Shown piece after piece: positions 60,832 to 64,000 of a stretch of DNA of 64,000 bases (the stretch's first letter is position 1; each line of letters starts with the position of its first letter). The DNA is taken from NCBI GenBank assembly GCA_963735595.1, contig CAVTLK010000005.1, positions 608,001-672,000 of the forward strand, in the 5' to 3' direction. Position numbers and translations under genes: made by a program. This DNA is from an uncultured delta proteobacterium. GTDB lineage: Bacteria; Desulfobacterota; Zymogenia; Zymogenales; Zymogenaceae. The notes beneath the pieces were generated by a model. That model was given only the letters and a program-made list of their open reading frames with translations, was not told where the DNA came from and did no database searches.

Positions 60832-62520
60832 TTGGTTAAGGAAAATCTGCGCGAGATCATCACCGGTAGCCTGTGTAAACTAAAGGACAGCGGTTTTATT
60901 TCTACGGATCCCCTCCCCATCGCCCAGATAGAGATTCCCAAGGATCCCAGCCACGGCGATTTTGCCACGAACATCGCCATGATCTTGGCCTCCGCCGAAA
61001 AAAAGAACCCACGGCAGCTGGCCGAACATATCGTAAACGCAATCACCACAAACGGTTCCGTATCGGATGAGGGCTTCGTCAAGAGCGTCGAGGTCGCCGG
61101 GCCGGGGTTTATCAATATCACGCTGTCGGAGAATTTCTGGCGGGACGTCGTCCGCCGGGTGCTCAACGGCGGCGAAACATACGGCAACGTCGACCTCGGA
61201 GGCGGCAGGCGAGTACAGATCGAGTTCGTCAGCGCCAACCCGACGGGTCCGCTGCACGTGGGCCACGCCCGGGGCGGTGTGGTCGGCGACGCGATGGCCA
61301 ATATCCTCTCTGCCGCAGGCTACGAGGTCGAGCGGGAGTACTACATCAACGACGCCGGTGTCCAGATGGAAAACCTGGGCAAGAGCGTTTTTGCCCGTTA
61401 TCAGGAACTTTTCGGGCGGTCGGTTGTCTTTGAAGATAACTACTATATGGGAGACTATATTAAGGATATTGCGGTCAGGATCAGGGATGCCCAGGGCGAT
61501 CGGCTGCTGGAAATACCCGAGGCGGACGCCGTTACACTCTGTAAAGACGTCGCCTGCCGCGAAGTCCTCGACCAGATCAGAAAAGACCTTGCGGACTTCG
61601 GGATCGTCTACAACGAATGGTTTTCCGAAAAGAGCCTCTACGATGAGGGACTCGTTTCCAAATACATCCAGGAATTCAAGGAGCGCCGCCTGATCTACGA
61701 GAAGGAAGGGGCGCTCTGGTTTGACACCACCGACTACGGGGACGACAAGGACCGGGTCGTTATCAAGAGCGACAACGAGCCGACCTATTTCGCCTCGGAC
61801 ATCGCCTACCACTGGGATAAGTTCCATCGGCGGGGATTTGACATCGTCATCAACGTCTGGGGCGCCGATCATCACGGCTACGTGGTCAGGATGAAGGCGG
61901 CGGTCAAGGCGATGGGGATCAAGCCCGAAAACCTTGTCCTCATCCTCGTGCAGCTGGTCAACCTCGTCAGGGGGGGGAAACCCGTCTCCATGTCCAAGCG
62001 GGCCGGTGAATTCGTGACGATCAGGGACGTAATGGACGAGGTGGGCAAGGACGCGATGCGCTGGTTCATGCTCATGCGTACCTATGATTCCCACCTTGAT
62101 TTTGATCTTGACCTGGCCACCAAGCAGTCCCAGGAGAACCCGGTTTACTATGTCCAGTACGCCCACGCCCGGATCTGCTCCATCCTCCGCCAGGCCGAGG
62201 AAGCGGGGCAGGCCGTGGTTCCCGATCCCGGCACCGTGGATCTCTCGCCCCTGAAGCTGCCGGAAGAGCTTTTGCTGATGAAGGTATTGGCGCGGTTCCC
62301 GGACGTGATTGCGGACTCCGCCCGTGAGATGGAGCCCCATCGGGTCATCTTCTATGTCTTCGAGCTTGCGTCTGACTTTCATAGCTACTATAACCGTAAC
62401 CGGGTGATCACCGAAGACCGTGCGCTGACGGCGGCGCGTCTGGGACTCGTCGCCGCGATCGGCGTCGTGATCAGAAAGGCCCTTACGATTGTTGGAGTAT
62501 CCGCGCCGGAGCGGATGTAG
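60832..62520 (+). CDS. argS: Arginine--tRNA ligase
   Basis: GDFATN, EFVSANPTGPLHVGH, MSKR, YVQYAHAR. Confidence 0.97.
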   Translation: MVKENLREIITGSLCKLKDSGFISTDPLPIAQIEIPKDPSHGDFATNIAMILASAEKKNPRQLAEHIVNAITTNGSVSDEGFVKSVEVAGPGFINITLSENFWRDVVRRVLNGGETYGNVDLGGGRRVQIEFVSANPTGPLHVGHARGGVVGDAMANILSAAGYEVEREYYINDAGVQMENLGKSVFARYQELFGRSVVFEDNYYMGDYIKDIAVRIRDAQGDRLLEIPEADAVTLCKDVACREVLDQIRKDLADFGIVYNEWFSEKSLYDEGLVSKYIQEFKERRLIYEKEGALWFDTTDYGDDKDRVVIKSDNEPTYFASDIAYHWDKFHRRGFDIVINVWGADHHGYVVRMKAAVKAMGIKPENLVLILVQLVNLVRGGKPVSMSKRAGEFVTIRDVMDEVGKDAMRWFMLMRTYDSHLDFDLDLATKQSQENPVYYVQYAHARICSILRQAEEAGQAVVPDPGTVDLSPLKLPEELLLMKVLARFPDVIADSAREMEPHRVIFYVFELASDFHSYYNRNRVITEDRALTAARLGLVAAIGVVIRKALTIVGVSAPERM

Positions 62521-62556
62521 GGTTATTTATTTCATAGACGCATAAGGGGGTATGAG

Positions 62557-63222
62557 ATGAAGGGAAGAGATATGAAATATTTCACCGACGATGATGACGA
62601 AAAGAAGGTGCGGGACTACCGCAAGAACAAGGAAGCCTACGAATTCTCCCTGGAGTCGCGCCACATGGCGCTGCTGGTGGTCGTGGGTCTGATTGTGGCC
62701 GTGCTGGTCTTTTCCGTCGGGTATATCACGGGCAAGTCCCAGGCCCTCAAAGGGATTGAGACAGCCGGTCTTCCCGGCGGGGAAACGGGCCTTGTCCCGA
62801 CGCCTTCCGGGGACCTGGTTGCGGAAGGCGAAAAGCCGGCCGTCAATTTCTACGACACTCTAGGTGAGGGAGACGTCCCGACAGATGAGATGGGCTCGTA
62901 TACACCGCCCGGGACGGAACCGGAGACGCCCAAGCCGCCGACCGACGTTGCCACCGGCCCCAAGCCGGACGATGCCAGCAAGACCGTCTTCTATTTCATC
63001 CAGATGATCACCACGAAGGACAAGAAGAAGGCCGAGGACCTCGTCACATCGCTCAAGAACGACGGATACCCGGCCTATTCCAAGGACCTGGGTGACGGCA
63101 CAACCCGCGTGGGGATTAAGTGGTACAAGACCAAAGAGGAGGCCGATAAGGCCCTCAAGGATATCGCGACCAAGGATAAGTACAAGAGCTATAAACCGGA
63201 GATCGGGACGGGGTGGCCCTAA
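62557..63222 (+). CDS. SPOR domain membrane protein (FtsN/DedD-like)
   Basis: TM helix, FYDTL, Pro-rich linker, C-terminal SPOR-like domain; typical position after argS. Confidence 0.75.
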   Translation: MKGRDMKYFTDDDDEKKVRDYRKNKEAYEFSLESRHMALLVVVGLIVAVLVFSVGYITGKSQALKGIETAGLPGGETGLVPTPSGDLVAEGEKPAVNFYDTLGEGDVPTDEMGSYTPPGTEPETPKPPTDVATGPKPDDASKTVFYFIQMITTKDKKKAEDLVTSLKNDGYPAYSKDLGDGTTRVGIKWYKTKEEADKALKDIATKDKYKSYKPEIGTGWP

Positions 63223-63289
63223 ACCGCCCCGGAAAAACTCCGTCTTGCCGGGGGGAGCCCCAGTCGGGGAGGTGGAACTGCCTCCACTA

Positions 63290-63321
63290 TCATTGCGAGC
63301 CCCAATGGGGCGAAGCAATCC
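63290..63321 (+). repeat. CGTC-type REP-like element (degenerate 5' end)
   Basis: tcattgcgag-ccccaatgggg-cgaagcaatcc. Confidence 0.7.
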
Positions 63322-63437
63322 ACCCACTACTACGGTGACAGACCGCCGACGTTTAACGGCGGCAAGAACGGATATGATACGATATATCGATACGGCTATG
63401 TACCTATTGCGTAGTCGTAAGAAGGAAAACTGAATCG

Positions 63438-63644
63438 ATGCCGAGTGTGACCATCAACGCCGAGCTGTGCAAAGGGTGTGAGCTGTGTGTGGAGGCGTGC
63501 CCAAAAAAGATCATCGTCATCGGAAACGCGCCCAACGGCCAGGGCTACTTTACGGCAGTATGGGAAGACGATGCCCGCACATGTACGGGATGCGCCTTAT
63601 GTGCCGAGATGTGCCCCGATATCGCTATTGAGGTGTTCAAGTGA
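63438..63644 (+). CDS. 2-oxoacid:ferredoxin oxidoreductase delta subunit (2x[4Fe-4S])
   Basis: [25 protein letters not shown]. Confidence 0.88.
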   Translation: MPSVTINAELCKGCELCVEACPKKIIVIGNAPNGQGYFTAVWEDDARTCTGCALCAEMCPDIAIEVFK

Positions 63645-64000
63645 ACGAGACCGCCGGACGCCCGGCCGAAACCAGGAGAGAGCTCATCAAGGGCAACGAG
63701 GCAATCGCGATGGGGGCGCTGGACGCGGGGCTGAAGTTTTACTTCGGTTACCCCATTACCCCCCAGAACGACATCCCCGAGTACCTCTCGTTTCACCTGC
63801 CGAAGGCCGGCGGCGCCTTCATCCAGGCAGAGAGCGAGATCGCCTCGATCAACATGGTGCTGGGCGCGGCGGCTACCGGCAAGCGTGCCATGACGTCTTC
63901 GTCCAGCCCGGGCATCTCGCTGATGCAGGAGGGAATCTCCTACATGGCAGGAAGCGAGATCCCCGGCGTAATCGTCAACATCTCGCGCAGCGGACCGGGG
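63641..64000 (+). CDS. vorB: 2-oxoacid:ferredoxin oxidoreductase alpha-type subunit (VorB-like), runs off the window
   Basis: [33 protein letters not shown]. Confidence 0.85.
   Translation, partial: MNETAGRPAETRRELIKGNEAIAMGALDAGLKFYFGYPITPQNDIPEYLSFHLPKAGGAFIQAESEIASINMVLGAAATGKRAMTSSSSPGISLMQEGISYMAGSEIPGVIVNISRSGPG

Noticed and set aside
1..64000. tRNA, rRNA, IS/transposase, integrase, selenocysteine read-through
   Set aside because: None recognised by eye; a tRNAscan/Infernal/ISEScan run is needed to exclude weak cases

Overview
A GC-rich chromosomal segment from an anaerobic bacterium that looks like a Desulfobacterota/deltaproteobacterium (lineage inferred from gene content). It is mostly core and envelope genes: rmlACBD, three tandem signal peptidase I genes, pyrRBC, pilR plus a sigma54-driven type IVa pilin followed by a glycosylation cluster (DUF2723 GT-C/TPR, GT2, methyltransferase, GT4, kdsD, galE, ispD), mglA, hypA/hypB interrupted by an AT-rich hicB-mrr islet, a 2-hydroxyacyl-CoA dehydratase pair with two Cys-rich Fe-S proteins, an aroF-pheA fusion, a split five-gene glutamate synthase operon, three tandem V4R genes, PPi-type Pfk, argS and the start of a vor operon. 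I found no rRNA, tRNA, CRISPR array, transposase or integrase. About ten single-base frameshifts, nine of them in the first 13 kb, are most likely sequencing errors. The most interesting signals are: (1) a candidate pilin glycosylation module built on a TMEM260-like GT-C; (2) a signal peptidase paralogue lacking both catalytic residues; (3) two independent single-gene insertions, each followed by a diverged ~85-105 bp copy of the 3' end of the upstream gene; (4) a WbdD-like kinase with a degenerate methyltransferase domain; (5) an APCDD1-like lipoprotein; (6) a triplet of stand-alone V4R proteins. All family assignments come from motifs recognised by eye, with no database search.
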